From: Epithemia pelagica | Lineage: Eukaryota > Protista > Bacillariophyta | Reading direction: 5' to 3' | Assembly (NCBI GenBank): GCA_946965045.2 | Contig: OX337238.1 | Coordinates: 3,286,001-3,350,000, forward strand | Length of the DNA stretch: 64,000 nucleotides | In this document: positions 20,401-30,940 of the stretch, in pieces | Layout: every line of letters starts with the position of its first letter | How positions within the stretch are numbered: the first letter of the stretch is position 1 | Notes under the pieces: generated by a model | The model's input: only the letters and a program-made list of their open reading frames with translations | Told to the model about the DNA's origin: nothing | Database searches by the model: none | Position numbers and translations under genes: made by a program

Positions 20401-23281
20401 TGTCTCGGGATGTAAATAAGCGTCCTTTAGTGGAGCATACAAAGTGATCTACGCTTACACACTGACCAGGGTAAAGATTTCCGGCTTTTGTTATTCCCCG
20501 TCTGTCTTTTACAATGGAACTCAAGGTTCCAGGTGATGGACGTCTCTTTTGTTTTCCATATTGACACGCTGCACAAAGAGGTAAGTCGGTGAGTGATGCT
20601 GCTTTTGTGTGCAAACGACGCTGTTGCTCAGTTTTTGCGAGAATTCCAGTTCTCATAATGAACTGGATTCGACGAAACGATAGGTGCCCAAGGCGTAGAT
20701 GCCAACGTACCAGTTCCTTCTGTGTCTCACTAAGATTCTTGTTTTGTTCTGATGTTTCGTTGACGATTGTGTTGAGAGCATGCGAACTCTTGGTTACTTC
20801 CTCATGGTTGTAACCGTACGACATTGGGAGATTGTTTTGCGGATTCACAACGACAGTGACTTGTGTTCGTGTTGTGTCTTCAGGTAAACCGGTGAGTACC
20901 AATGTTTTACCGTCTTGCACAATCTTTTCGCCGTCATACGTCTGAAGCAAACTCTGTGTCGATAACAGTCTGACACTTGTCTTGGGTACCAGGAAAGCAG
21001 GAATTCGAAGTTGTCGGATGTTCCCAGAAGAATCAAGGATGCTCCACAAGACCTCTCCGCGGCCAATCGCTTTCATGCGATTGGCAATGCCTTTCACCTT
21101 GAAGTTTGGTAGTGGTTCGATCTTGCCCACGAAGTCCTTTTCGTTGTTGGTAATGGAGATGCTGGCGCCACTATCCCAGATGATGGGATAAGACGCATCA
21201 TTCGGCATTGCGCTCCTCAAGGCCATTGGATCCTGAAGGCACGCTTCCAAGCCAGCAGGAGTGATGTACCTCCATGAGTCGTAGTTGCGTGTGTTCCCCA
21301 AGACTTGAAAGGCGTTGAGGGAGCGGAGTTCCTCAAGGTATGCAGTCAAACCAAAGACTTGTCTTGGGGTTGATGACTGTCGGTTGCTCCTCAAGGCTTC
21401 ACTTCGAGTGGGTGAGTGGTTATCGGTGTTTCTGTTACGACGATTGGGCGTCGTGAACGAGGTTCGGTTGTTGTAATGGAAGCGCTGGTAGCTATTCGTG
21501 GGAATCACAGAGCTGCGGGTTCCCATGGGTGGATTAAACCTGGTACGTGCTGAATTGTTGTTGTTGTTGTACGGAGTTGCGCGACGACGGAGAGGGATTG
21601 GTCGCGGCATCCGTTGTCGCATACGCGCTCGTTTGTGTGCCGGTGAAGAAGTCACGGATCGAAACGACGGCTTTCGCTTGACACGAGGGTGATTCAAAGG
21701 GAATGCAGTGTTCTTCCCTCTTTTCGGACGGGTACTGACGGGTGCACACGGAGGAGCAGCGTGAGTGGACCCAAAAGAGTCCAGATGCAACAACTTACAA
21801 AACGACCCAACAATCAAACGGATGTAAATGAGCGGGAAACGGCGGCTCATTGCATAGGCCAGTCCATTGCTCACCACACTCCACAATCCACCAGATGATA
21901 AGGTAGAAGAGGGCGGAGGTACCGGATGGAGAGTGGCACGGAAATGGTGGACGGAAGGTGTCGATGTGGAGTTGAACAAAGGAGAAGGATGGCCTGTCAC
22001 GGGTGAAATGGTCTTGGGAAGCAAGATCAAAACAACAATCCAGCAGGAAAGCCAAGAAAAGAAGGCAGGTTGGCATGATGGATGGGCCAAAACGCTCCAG
22101 AGCAAAGCCCATAGTCCATAAAATAAAGTCTTGGTTCCCATCCAGTAGTAGCCAAAGCTAGACATGAGAGAGGCCATTCCGTCTGTGAAGACTGTAGTTG
22201 CATAGGTGGAGGGTTGGGGTGATGGCAGAAGATAGAGGACACTGGGTACCACCACAACCAACGTGATGAAGCTAGCACGTAACATGTGACGGCTCAGGGA
22301 TCTTGAGTCAACAGTAGTGTCGACAGGCGCGGGAGCGCGTGGCGGAGTCACGTAAGGGCGACCACGGCGGGTTGACTCGGTGTATGACATGTCAAAAGCA
22401 GCCATATAAACCTTCGCGTGGTCATCTGTAGGATAGGACCTGTCTTGGTCAACAGTCACAGTAGAGATGGAGTCATTAGAAGAGACTCGATCGGGAGTGA
22501 CCGTAAGACAGGGGCGATCCAAGTTGTACCACGGTGGTGAAATTGGTCCACATTTCGTCAGTTCATAGGCTACATCATGTACGAGACTCAATCCCGCATG
22601 TTCGTAGGGCGATCCTGGTGTTTGTTCGCACTCAAGAATAAAATACCACATGTCGCGAATCATGCGACGGGTATTTTGAATCCGAAGAGTCAAAAGATCT
22701 TTCAGTCCCGGGTCAGCTGCATGGGAATACTCAGCATACAAAAACCATAAGTGGTCGGCCGCACTTGTGATCAGCTCATCCATGGTGTCAGGATGGCGAG
22801 CCAGTTCGGCTTCATTTTCTGCAGCATCGTCTCCTTGCAAGTTTGTGGTGTCGTCGAGATCCATCATGGCAGCACAGGCATAGTATTTTGCAAATGGATT
22901 TTCGCTGCGCTTTTTGGTCCTAGAGTCGTCGTCGGTTTTGCTGGTATCTGTTGGTACGTACAGTGCACCAAATTGACTGTTGTCGACGAAAGAGGTGGAT
23001 GAGACAGATTCATCAGCCATGTTCTCCAAGGTCTCACACGCTGTGCTTCTTGAATGTAGATCGACGGGCGGTGGATCGGAAATATTCACGGGAGAAGGCG
23101 TGGCGTTACTCTGATTCAAGAACGAGACAAATTGATCATATTTCTGGTCAATGGGTCGGTGCTCCATGATTCGAGAGCGAAGAAGGCAAGGAAGAGGAGT
23201 TGAGTGCACACTCATCTCGGGCCAGACGGGGGCTGGATTCGGATGGTTCGGGATTCTGGTTCCATCAATGAACCATCTCAC
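17498..23281 (-). CDS. pol: Pol polyprotein of Copia element 2 (long N-terminal extension, PR-IN-RT-RNase H)
   Basis: PR IWDSGAS; HLRLGH/CAAC; IN SVDHF, YLTDNG, GIAER; RT FKARYCVRGD, IDFNNAF, WVDD; RH YVDADFAG, FEDNTGA, QRADYFTK. No internal stop. The start codon is not defined (separated from gag by one in-frame TAA). Confidence 0.95.
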   Translation of the reverse strand: MRWFIDGTRIPNHPNPAPVWPEMSVHSTPLPCLLRSRIMEHRPIDQKYDQFVSFLNQSNATPSPVNISDPPPVDLHSRSTACETLENMADESVSSTSFVDNSQFGALYVPTDTSKTDDDSRTKKRSENPFAKYYACAAMMDLDDTTNLQGDDAAENEAELARHPDTMDELITSAADHLWFLYAEYSHAADPGLKDLLTLRIQNTRRMIRDMWYFILECEQTPGSPYEHAGLSLVHDVAYELTKCGPISPPWYNLDRPCLTVTPDRVSSNDSISTVTVDQDRSYPTDDHAKVYMAAFDMSYTESTRRGRPYVTPPRAPAPVDTTVDSRSLSRHMLRASFITLVVVVPSVLYLLPSPQPSTYATTVFTDGMASLMSSFGYYWMGTKTLFYGLWALLWSVLAHPSCQPAFFSWLSCWIVVLILLPKTISPVTGHPSPLFNSTSTPSVHHFRATLHPVPPPSSTLSSGGLWSVVSNGLAYAMSRRFPLIYIRLIVGSFCKLLHLDSFGSTHAAPPCAPVSTRPKRGKNTAFPLNHPRVKRKPSFRSVTSSPAHKRARMRQRMPRPIPLRRRATPYNNNNNSARTRFNPPMGTRSSVIPTNSYQRFHYNNRTSFTTPNRRNRNTDNHSPTRSEALRSNRQSSTPRQVFGLTAYLEELRSLNAFQVLGNTRNYDSWRYITPAGLEACLQDPMALRSAMPNDASYPIIWDSGASISITNNEKDFVGKIEPLPNFKVKGIANRMKAIGRGEVLWSILDSSGNIRQLRIPAFLVPKTSVRLLSTQSLLQTYDGEKIVQDGKTLVLTGLPEDTTRTQVTVVVNPQNNLPMSYGYNHEEVTKSSHALNTIVNETSEQNKNLSETQKELVRWHLRLGHLSFRRIQFIMRTGILAKTEQQRRLHTKAASLTDLPLCAACQYGKQKRRPSPGTLSSIVKDRRGITKAGNLYPGQCVSVDHFVCSTKGRLFTSRDKSKSSDLYMGGAIFVDHASGYTWIGFQSHLNTHETLRVKDSFELFCRDVGVVPLQYLTDNGSAFTSAKYTESLQNFAQTYRFAGVGAHHHAGIAERAIQTIMSIARTMMLHAAIQWPEMADPSLWPMAVAHATFLSNHVPSLDTGISPHDLFTRTRWEQRKFHDLHVWGCPVYVLDKAMADGKKLPRWKPRSTRGILMGLSTRHATTVPLVLNPNTGYITPQFHVVFDDWFSTIATSVEDLPDLTSHEWDRLFGDSHYQYIEDDDDLDYESPAPHDVLHHSDFGNKQTTVTRSIETHDPPSVLPSHSNSPGIYPLNTPGSAPGEKPVPLSEGVTPLSPSTPLSQRETVRTTPTKLPTIAEQPSPMTPSLPAPPSFEPSTPQREQPQSPRIPTPAPTPGPTMVSRRSGRTIRPPKRYVQDLCSFPASVQSSDLLSMMKASLSDPDTLSYDEAMRDKDLTKWQAAASKEIRELEEKGTWVEVPQSEATTRILPGTWVFKRKRTPDGEISKFKARYCVRGDLQESEQENYSPVVNWSTIRIVLTLSLILGWELACIDFNNAFVQATLNEPVWIHLPRGFRSSLKGTTCLRLVKSLYGLSSAPRLWYDHLIQALKEDGFQMSKHDQCLLYKENIIIFLWVDDCGVCAPTITLIDELVERLKKKGLSLEKEGNFTNYLGINFVRDEKTNSITMTQKGLINKVIDATNMQDCNPNWTPATQLALGSDPDGEPMKEKWQYSSIVGMLLYLATNTRPDIAFAVSQVARFNSNPKKSHAAAVKTIVRYLARTKDKGTIFTPTKDFKLDCYVDADFAGLHGREPQDNPVSAKSRTGYILSFCGCPLIWRSQLQSSVALSTLQAEYHALSQAMRSVIATRRVIEELLANLDLPFEKPTIFSEVFEDNTGAFYLATKQRLTPRTKHFNTYLHFFWEHVGDHPGGVKVSMVGTEEQRADYFTKCQTRELFEKCRKLNQGW

Positions 23282-23290
23282 GAACCATTC

Positions 23291-26143
23291 TTAGTCCTTG
23301 ACTCGCTGGTAGGCGACAGCCACGGTAAGTTCTGGTTCTTGATGTCGAAGAGCGTACACCGTGTACTGCGCCCTTTCGTACCTCATTCCGTCTCTTTTTG
23401 CTGTGTTGGCTTCTTGCTCGATGGAGATGCGTGGATCACGTGGACGTGGCCGAGGTACAAAACCTCGAGTCCACTGCTCGAGAGCTTCAGTGGCAGGAGT
23501 CGGGAATTGGTCATGGCGCAATGGCGTCGGGTTCGTCACCGGTGAGATCTCGGGTCGCCGAAGAGCTGGCGGCTTCGAGTCGTCCAGGAGTCCTTCTTGC
23601 AGGTTCTTGAGGTGGGTAAGTTCGCTGCTGTTGTCATGGCTGATAAGCGATCCTTCTTGTGTATCCATGGTTGTGTCCAAACCACCAGCATTCTCATCAC
23701 TATCCTGTTCGTCCTCCTGCTTGATCTTGGTGCTGTCGAAGCTTTTGTCGTGCACAGCTGCGTTGGCTTCAACGCTAGAGAAGGTACGTTGGTCTGTGGG
23801 ACTGTGGTCACTGCCGTACCACATATCGATGTCGTCCCACCTGTCGAAGTACAGTGTCTTGGCATGCGATCCACTCAACTTTCCCTTTTTCTTTTCTTGT
23901 TCTTCTTCCTTGTTACTTGCCGAACTCGGTAAGTCTTTGTTTGCCACAACTGGTGTGAGTTTTTGTGCCACAAGTGGTGGCATATCAGCATACTCATCTT
24001 CGTTGTCTTCACTTTCAGTGGAGCTGTCATCGTCCTTGTGAGGTCGACAGATCGAGACTGTTTCATTATTTGTGCTTGTTTTCTTTTCTTTTGTTTCTGT
24101 GTTGCAAGTGCATGGTTCATTGTCATCATCCTTGTGGTCGCTATCGTTGTGATTGGTGGCGGTTGGTTCATTGTTGTTGGGTGACAGGATGCGGCGCAAT
24201 TCGTCGAACGGAATAGGCGGTGTCCGGTCAGTGTCATCATCGTCGTTTCCAGAGTTGGTGGAACTGCAGTCCATGGACGAGCTGTCATCGGATGGTGACA
24301 TGTCCCAAATGGTGAAGAAGACGTAGTGGTCGACGGTGTCCTTGCAACAATCAACCGAATCGCAACAATCATCATCATCATTCATCAGAGCTTCGCAACA
24401 ATCCACAGAGGCAAGGGACATACAGTCGGGTAAAGCAGCGACGGGCAAGGCAGGAGGATCAAGTTGGTCGAGATCGAATTCGGTCTGCCAAGCGGATACT
24501 TCGAGTTCAAGTTTCTTCGCATGGGTGGCATTCCGAGGTTTTGCTTTGTCCTTGTCGCCAGGAGACTTTTTATACCCAACAATATGGTTTGCCGTGGTGT
24601 GAGAGGTGTTCCAACGGGTACAAACACCACACCAGAGCCACCGCTGACCCTGGATCGTCTGCTGCTCAGGTGCACCAGGAGCAGGAGGGATCTTCTGCCA
24701 AGGGTGAGCCTGCGATCGATCAACGCGAGTGTTGTTACGCTTGTGAATCGGCTTTCCCTTCCTGTCGCGGTGATTGGAGCCAGGCTGGGTGTTTGGTCCA
24801 TTGCTTGGAGTCGGATTGGAACCCGGCGGGTTTCGAAGTGTCTGAATGAGTGCATTAAGACTAGCTTGAGTCATAATAGAATGCCGTTTCTTCTTAGTCT
24901 TCGAAACGGTAGCCTTGTTAGCGGTGAACGACGAGGGGACGGATTTAGAATCAGGAGAACTTCGTTTAGGTGACCATTCACCTTCCTTGACACAGATTAG
25001 GTACTTCTTGTTCGCCTCTTCGATAACATCTGTGTACAAAAGACGCTCTTTCTTCATATGACTGTCTCCGATAGAGCGATCTAGAAACCGAATATGGATA
25101 ATACCGTCATTGACACGCTTGTTCAGAGTAAGTAGGTCGAACTTAGGCGTGTCAGGCCATTCAGTCTTGAGGATGTTAGCTAGGAGGTTCCCAGTCAGAG
25201 TGTGGTCGCACTGTCCAGCTGCGATCAACGGTCGCGCTTTTTCCAAAAAATCTTTAGTCAACGCCATAATATCGTGGCCAGGGTACTTGTGAGGCACAAG
25301 AGCTCGCATCTCGTGCTTCACTTGTTCCCAGTGCTGCGGGGAATCATGTGTCACGATGGTGACAAGGACCATGAAGAGCTCGGGGAAGCACGTCACTTCC
25401 CGACTCTGGTCCTCAACTTCGTGCCTAAAGGACTTTTCCAAACAGTCCAGTAAGTAGTCCTGGGCACTGACGTCGTTGTTTCTGTCGTACTTGTCATAAC
25501 TCACAATCTGCGTCTTCATCAATTCCTTCACCTTGCTCATCGTATATTTTGGGTGCTCGATTACAATGAACAACATGTCTTTGGGATCATGAGGATTGGG
25601 GAGGTATGCGATCGAGTCCATGCCGTGTTTAATCAAGTGCTGCTTGATTTCATCCTGGAGACGGCTAAAATCACCGGTCTTCTTGCTGTACTTTTCGTCA
25701 GGCCCGGAGATGCGATCGTAGTATTTCTTGTCTGTCAGGGTACGTATCTGCATCGTTCGCAGTGGCTCTGTCGCCTTTACCTCTAACCCATCCCACTTGT
25801 ACGTGGGTTTTCCTCCAGTCCAGGCCACCCATTCGTCCTTCTTGCTTCGGACCAGTCCGCCAATCTTCGGCGGATCGGGGCGGTAATCGATACCGGGTGG
25901 AGGAGTAGGAGTCTCGTCACTCATGGTGGTCTTCCTTCTTTGTTGTTGAGATGCAACAATCAAACCCTGATGTTGGGTGTCGTTGTTAGATGGACCTGGT
26001 GGAGACTCAACAATCTGCGATTCCGAAGCAGCAATACTTTGTCCTTGTTCGTCAACAAGGGCGTCTTCGTTCGTCGGATTGGCTACAGGTGTTGGAAGAT
26101 CAGCGGTACTGGATACGGTGTCTTCGTCACCTGGTATGGACAC
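23291..26143 (-). CDS. gag: Gag of Copia element 2 with long acidic low-complexity tail
   Basis: HLIKHGMDSIAY, PHKYPGHDI and WCGVCTRWNTSHTTANH motifs, followed by ~400 aa of D/E/S-rich sequence. Confidence 0.85.
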   Translation of the reverse strand: MSIPGDEDTVSSTADLPTPVANPTNEDALVDEQGQSIAASESQIVESPPGPSNNDTQHQGLIVASQQQRRKTTMSDETPTPPPGIDYRPDPPKIGGLVRSKKDEWVAWTGGKPTYKWDGLEVKATEPLRTMQIRTLTDKKYYDRISGPDEKYSKKTGDFSRLQDEIKQHLIKHGMDSIAYLPNPHDPKDMLFIVIEHPKYTMSKVKELMKTQIVSYDKYDRNNDVSAQDYLLDCLEKSFRHEVEDQSREVTCFPELFMVLVTIVTHDSPQHWEQVKHEMRALVPHKYPGHDIMALTKDFLEKARPLIAAGQCDHTLTGNLLANILKTEWPDTPKFDLLTLNKRVNDGIIHIRFLDRSIGDSHMKKERLLYTDVIEEANKKYLICVKEGEWSPKRSSPDSKSVPSSFTANKATVSKTKKKRHSIMTQASLNALIQTLRNPPGSNPTPSNGPNTQPGSNHRDRKGKPIHKRNNTRVDRSQAHPWQKIPPAPGAPEQQTIQGQRWLWCGVCTRWNTSHTTANHIVGYKKSPGDKDKAKPRNATHAKKLELEVSAWQTEFDLDQLDPPALPVAALPDCMSLASVDCCEALMNDDDDCCDSVDCCKDTVDHYVFFTIWDMSPSDDSSSMDCSSTNSGNDDDDTDRTPPIPFDELRRILSPNNNEPTATNHNDSDHKDDDNEPCTCNTETKEKKTSTNNETVSICRPHKDDDSSTESEDNEDEYADMPPLVAQKLTPVVANKDLPSSASNKEEEQEKKKGKLSGSHAKTLYFDRWDDIDMWYGSDHSPTDQRTFSSVEANAAVHDKSFDSTKIKQEDEQDSDENAGGLDTTMDTQEGSLISHDNSSELTHLKNLQEGLLDDSKPPALRRPEISPVTNPTPLRHDQFPTPATEALEQWTRGFVPRPRPRDPRISIEQEANTAKRDGMRYERAQYTVYALRHQEPELTVAVAYQRVKD

Positions 26144-26390
26144 GAGGTCGAAGCTTCCTGCACCACTGGAAGTTGGTGAGTCCTCGTCGCTCGTGTTGGT
26201 ACCTTGGTTGGAGCCTTGATGGCTTCCGGCGCGCTTGGTTGGATGCTAGTGGATCGATAACCACGTAGCAATGGAGATTTGTCGTTCCCTTCCTGATGAA
26301 TACAATAATTCACACTGAAGAGAGGTTGGTTCGGTCCGTCGGTCTTGTCGGCAATACGATAGAGGAGGCGTACGGTTCGTCAGCCTCTTT

Positions 26391-26403
26391 GGGCTCAATA
26401 ACC
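26391..26403 (-). promoter_or_regulatory. Primer-binding site of Copia element 2
   Basis: GGTTATTGAGCCC on the minus strand immediately inside the 5' LTR; same type as the element 1 PBS. Confidence 0.7.
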
Positions 26404-27171
26404 ACTTAATGTATGTAGAAAACTAACGTAAGACGTGATGGTTAGTGCTCTGAACTTCTGTAGTCAACCAGTTCACTCGGTACACGATGGGGCCCTCACC
26501 TTGTACTAGGTTAGTATGGTTGACTCCTTCCTAAAGGTTGCTTACAACTTTCAGGTTTTTATAAGAAGTGAGCTTATTCTATCGAAAGTGTTTGTTTCTC
26601 ATGATTGCTCTTTCATTACTTCCTTTCAGTCATAAAGAGTTTACTTTTCCCGAATCGTTGGGCCCGGTGAAGAAACATCTTTGACTTCTAGGTAAGGCGC
26701 TACAGACGCTCTACGTTTAGGGACTAATGGAACCTGTTCTCTTAGTGCATAGAACCTGTTCCATATACTCAAACTGTGAGGGATAGAGGCGGAACTATTG
26801 GCTTGAACCGAGTATCCATGATCCTTTGGTGAATCTTGTTGTAAGTTGGAGACGTGTATGTTTTAGGTGAGACATAGCCTGGACTTTGCTTCCGAGTGGA
26901 GCTCGTCCGGCTTTTGCCTGTCGTAGATAGTAGTGGGCATATGTAAATGTGTATCACAAAACACCAGGGTTATTCAGAGAGGGAACATTGTGCCGCAGGC
27001 TCGGACATGTCACATACATGGGCACAGCTTCGTCAGCCGTCCACGCACGTGTTCGCACAAGCTTGCAGGACAGATGGCACAGCTATGTCATGGTAGACGT
27101 GTACTCTCATAAAGTCTAGGTGTTGTTCTTCGAAAGGTAGTTCTAGGTCTATAGCTAGCCGTACTTTAACT
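26404..27171 (-). repeat. 5' LTR of Copia element 2
   Basis: Direct repeat of 16681-17448. Confidence 0.95.
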
Positions 27172-27850
27172 ATGGGCGACGAGGAACGAGGACGGTCATC
27201 TCGAGACACCTCTGTTGCCAACGTGCAACTCAAGGCCGGCCTTCAACTCTTTGATTCCTTTCACGACACGGGTGTGGAAACACCAAACGACGAACCGCCT
27301 GCTGTTGCAACCGATCGAAGTGTGGCTGTTGTGGCGACCGATTCAACGGAAGTTGATGTCTATGAGGCCATTGATACAGTCTTGGACCAACGCGGTCACT
27401 ACAACGGCGAACTGGACAAGAGTGATCATTTTGTAAGAAAAGCATACTGGCTTCATTGAACGCATCAACATACTTTGTTCTTTATCGATAGTTACATACT
27501 CTAGAGAACCAGTCTTCGATTGATAGCACATGAAGTGCGTTTTGCCCTTTGTTCCTTGTGACTGAGTATACAACAACAGTGGTTTTTTTATGGTCTGCCA
27601 ACATGATACGAGCGTTAGGAACATACCACACTGCTTTTCTTACTTTGCTATGACATTGGTTAGTGAACAAGTGCCTCCTCAAATAATACTTGCTTGCTTC
27701 AACGGGGACTGAGGTTGTTTTGCTCTTGTGTGCGTCAGTAGGATTTCTTAAAACTCACCAGGAACAAGGGACTGAATTTGCATATGGGAAAGTTCCAACA
27801 TGCGTTTGAATAACAGAGTGTGTTTGTCCACCAATCCAAGTCGTCTCCAT
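27172..27850. repeat. Arm A of an inverted segmental duplication (arm B ~37740-38450)
   Basis: Reverse-complement match including the peptide VANVQLKAGLQLFDSFHDTGVETPNDEPPAVATDRSVAVV, the intergenic DNA and the Kelch 3' end. Confidence 0.9.
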
Positions 27851-29363
27851 GACATAGACCTACTGGTAATGAGGCTGGGAAACACGACACTAACGATGCC
27901 ATCGAAAAGGGCAACCATGGGGCTCGAACAAGAGAAGTTGCATGGAAAAATCCACGATTGGTCTCGTCTAGTATCCAGAACCACTAGAGAGGGTCTACGG
28001 TCAAAAAAGGGGCCACCCCTATCTCGACGATCCACGAACAACAAACAGGACCCGACTCGGACCACTTCCTGACATTCGACGTCTCGAAGCGTATGATCCC
28101 CGTGAACCTTCCAAGACATCATGGTCGATGATAATTCTTCAGAATTGACGCCATCACTTGTAGTATCCAAACAGGGTGGAAGAAAATTCAGATATTCTAC
28201 GGATCGTCCACGAAGAGCACAACCTTGTTCACATAGACCACCAACAACGAAGACGCGGTTCTGCACTACTATAGCTCCTCGGAATGGAAGTAGGATTTTC
28301 GTCTTATATAGCCTTATATTGCCCACGACGGCCGCGCTCTCATACGCGAGCAAGTGCGGAGCTAAAAAAGATAATGCGGAGCAAAAAAAAAGTCCTGGGA
28401 AAAAAGTGTGACAGTTAACTAGGGGGGGACTCGGAGGTTATAGAAGCAAGCGACATCCCCTCCTGGTCGTGGGGGCACTTGTCGGGGCTATTGACTCCTC
28501 GGCGGGCAATAGCTCCTCGTCGTGGACCGCCAAATCCGCTGACGCGGATTTAGAAGGCGGTCCACTTCTCGGAGCTATTGCCCTTCTCGGAGTCAATAGC
28601 CCCTCCTCGAGCCTCCCCACTCCGCGGAGCGGATGTAGAATTACAACTCCCATCCCAAAGGAGTATCGGGGACAAATGAGAGAGGGTCCACTATATGGCA
28701 TGGACAAATATGGAAAGTGTGTATCGATGATCTCCACTGAGGCCAAGACGCGGCGCTCTCGATGAGAACGATTTTGACCCACCACCGCATTAGATCTCCC
28801 ACCCGCCACGACAATGTAGCGATCTTGAATCGAAACAGCGTTAGCGAACGCTCGCGGCATGCTCATGCAACAATGAAAAGTTTGCCAAGCCGAAGTTGTC
28901 CTGTTGTTGTTGGCGGTGGTGTGTTCTGTCAGTAATGACTTTATTGATATCCTTTCGATCGAGTTTAAAGCGTTGCCCCTGGCATTTTCTCCACCAATGG
29001 CATAAACATTGTCTCCACAGACAACGACTGTCAAATTTATTCTGCCTTTTGTCATTGGTGGTCCTCGACTCCAGCTTCCATTTTCACCACTCTAAAGAAG
29101 AACGGAATCTACTGCTTCACGACGTCCACTTCGGGGTGATGACAGGTATTGTCGTCCTCCCAACAATAGAATCATTCCTTGTCTAGGGTTATCGGGAGGA
29201 CGAACCAGTACACAGGAATAATCAAACCATACTTCATCATTCAACAGTGACGGCATTCTTCTCGTTCAGAGGTGCAATGTGGCTCTCGAAGACCGGTACG
29301 CTCATTGATGCTGGGACTCAAGAACACCAGACCCGACAATCGCGCTTGTTCTTGCCAATTCAT
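27748..29363 (-). pseudogene. Kelch-repeat pseudogene
   Basis: Starts MNWQEQARLSGLVFL, hits an early stop at 29241, has broken frames and a ~370-bp insertion at 28270-28641, and ends DKHTLLFKRMLELSHMQIQSL. Confidence 0.85.
28270..28641. mobile_element. Unclassified ~370-bp insertion containing a long segmented hairpin
   Basis: Interrupts the conserved Kelch GMxVVQNRV motif, is flanked by TAC on both sides, and contains inverted repeats at 28484-28603. Confidence 0.6.
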
Positions 29364-29773
29364 GTTCGTAGTAGGCAATTGTGCGAATGTTTCACAGTGC
29401 CGTTTGTGTGTGCTCCTTGTGGTGGTTTTGTCTCCTCCGGTTTCAAAACTCAACTGAGTCAACGCTCCCAATTCCCATTTGCGGGTCTGCCGGCAGGTCT
29501 ACCTAGCAAGCGTGTGTGTCGGAACGCATCCCCTTGCGAAATTTCCACGCACGATCGTTTGAGGTTTTGACGAGATGTGCCAAAACTACATAATAACGGT
29601 TGACACGACTATGTCGATTGCCGATATTCGTACGAGACTGGCATGGCAATTCCTTTCGTCGTACCAGTAGAACGACTCCCCTCTCGTCGGAGCGTCCCGC
29701 GACTGGCAAGCTCGAACAAGTGTTTCAACACCAGAGACCAAATGTCTACCAATCAATAGTCTATTTTGTCCAT

Positions 29774-30940
29774 CTACGAACTAGACTGGCGTTTGAGTGA
29801 CTGAATTTGTGGAACAGAGCAATCCAACAAGCGTTGGAACAACAAGGACTCCTCGTCTACGAATGCAAATCGTTTGTAACAAAGGCATCCACGACGGTAA
29901 AGGTCGGTGTCGTCCGAATCGTCCAAAATCATCTGTTCCTTGGAATCTGAGACAACGCGTACCAAGGCAGAAGGTGTGAAAGGGTCCCACGAAGAGGATC
30001 GGTATTCATCTTCCAAATACCATGATTTGTTTCGCTTCGTATCCAGAACCGTTAAAAACCAATCCGCAAACAACAAACAGTGTCCAACTCGGACCACATC
30101 CGAACTTGTGAGATTCCGAAGATTCCGATCCCCGTGCACGGTCTACGTCATGGAGGACGATAAAGTCTCTTTTGATTTCGCGGTATCCAAACAGGCTGGA
30201 TCAAAATCCAGATATTCCACTGAATGACCTTGAACCGTCGGACCTTGGCACATCCCCCCAACGACGTAGACACGATTCTGCACAACCTCCATCCCGAAGG
30301 AATGTCGCGCATGATTGAGATGCGGCCCAGGAAAGGCCACGGATGAATAAGGGGAATGCGTATCAATGATTTCCACAGAACCAATGGGGTCTTGGTAAGT
30401 GATTCCACCCGCCACAACAATATACCGGTCTTGTACCGAGACAGCGCTGGCGTGCACTCGCGGTGTGGCAAGACGGCAAGAAAACGCTTTCCATGCTGTC
30501 TTGTCGTCGTTGTCATCCGTCGAGGTCTTTGGCTGCAACAAATCTTGGATTGCGATCCTGTCGATCGTTTGTAACGGCTTGCAATGAGGATTTTTTCCAC
30601 CAATGACATAGACATGGTCACCAACCACCAAAGCTGTCAAGTATGTTCTTGGTTTTTTCATAGATGGCCCGTCTCTCCAGCTTTGGGTTTCATCCTCCCA
30701 AATATGAACCGAAGATACGGTCGAGCGTCCCTCGCGACCACCCACTACCACAATCGTTGGTTCTTGGGACTTTTCGGGATGATGAAAGAGAACCGAGGAA
30801 TACCCATATCGTTCGTCATTCAACAGTGAAGGCCATTGCTGTTCTTGGTTGACACAAGTTGGTCGCCGCAGACCAATGTCGTACTCGTTGCTATTCAAGA
30901 AGACCAGTCCTGACAAACGCACGTCTCTCTGCCAAATCAT
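29774..30940 (-). pseudogene. Kelch-repeat gene with a single nonsense codon
   Basis: MIWQRDVRLSGLVFL start; in-frame TAG at 30143-30145 where paralogues have Trp (MTWIVH/MSWTVH); the reading frame is otherwise intact to 29774. Confidence 0.85.

Larger units (their letters stand above)
16681..27171 (-). mobile_element. Ty1/copia LTR retrotransposon 2 (full length, non-canonical termini)
   Basis: 768-bp LTRs at 16681-17448 and 26404-27171 (2 mismatches seen), 5-bp TSD ATGGG (16676-16680 and 27172-27176), PBS, PPT, gag and complete pol. Confidence 0.96.
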
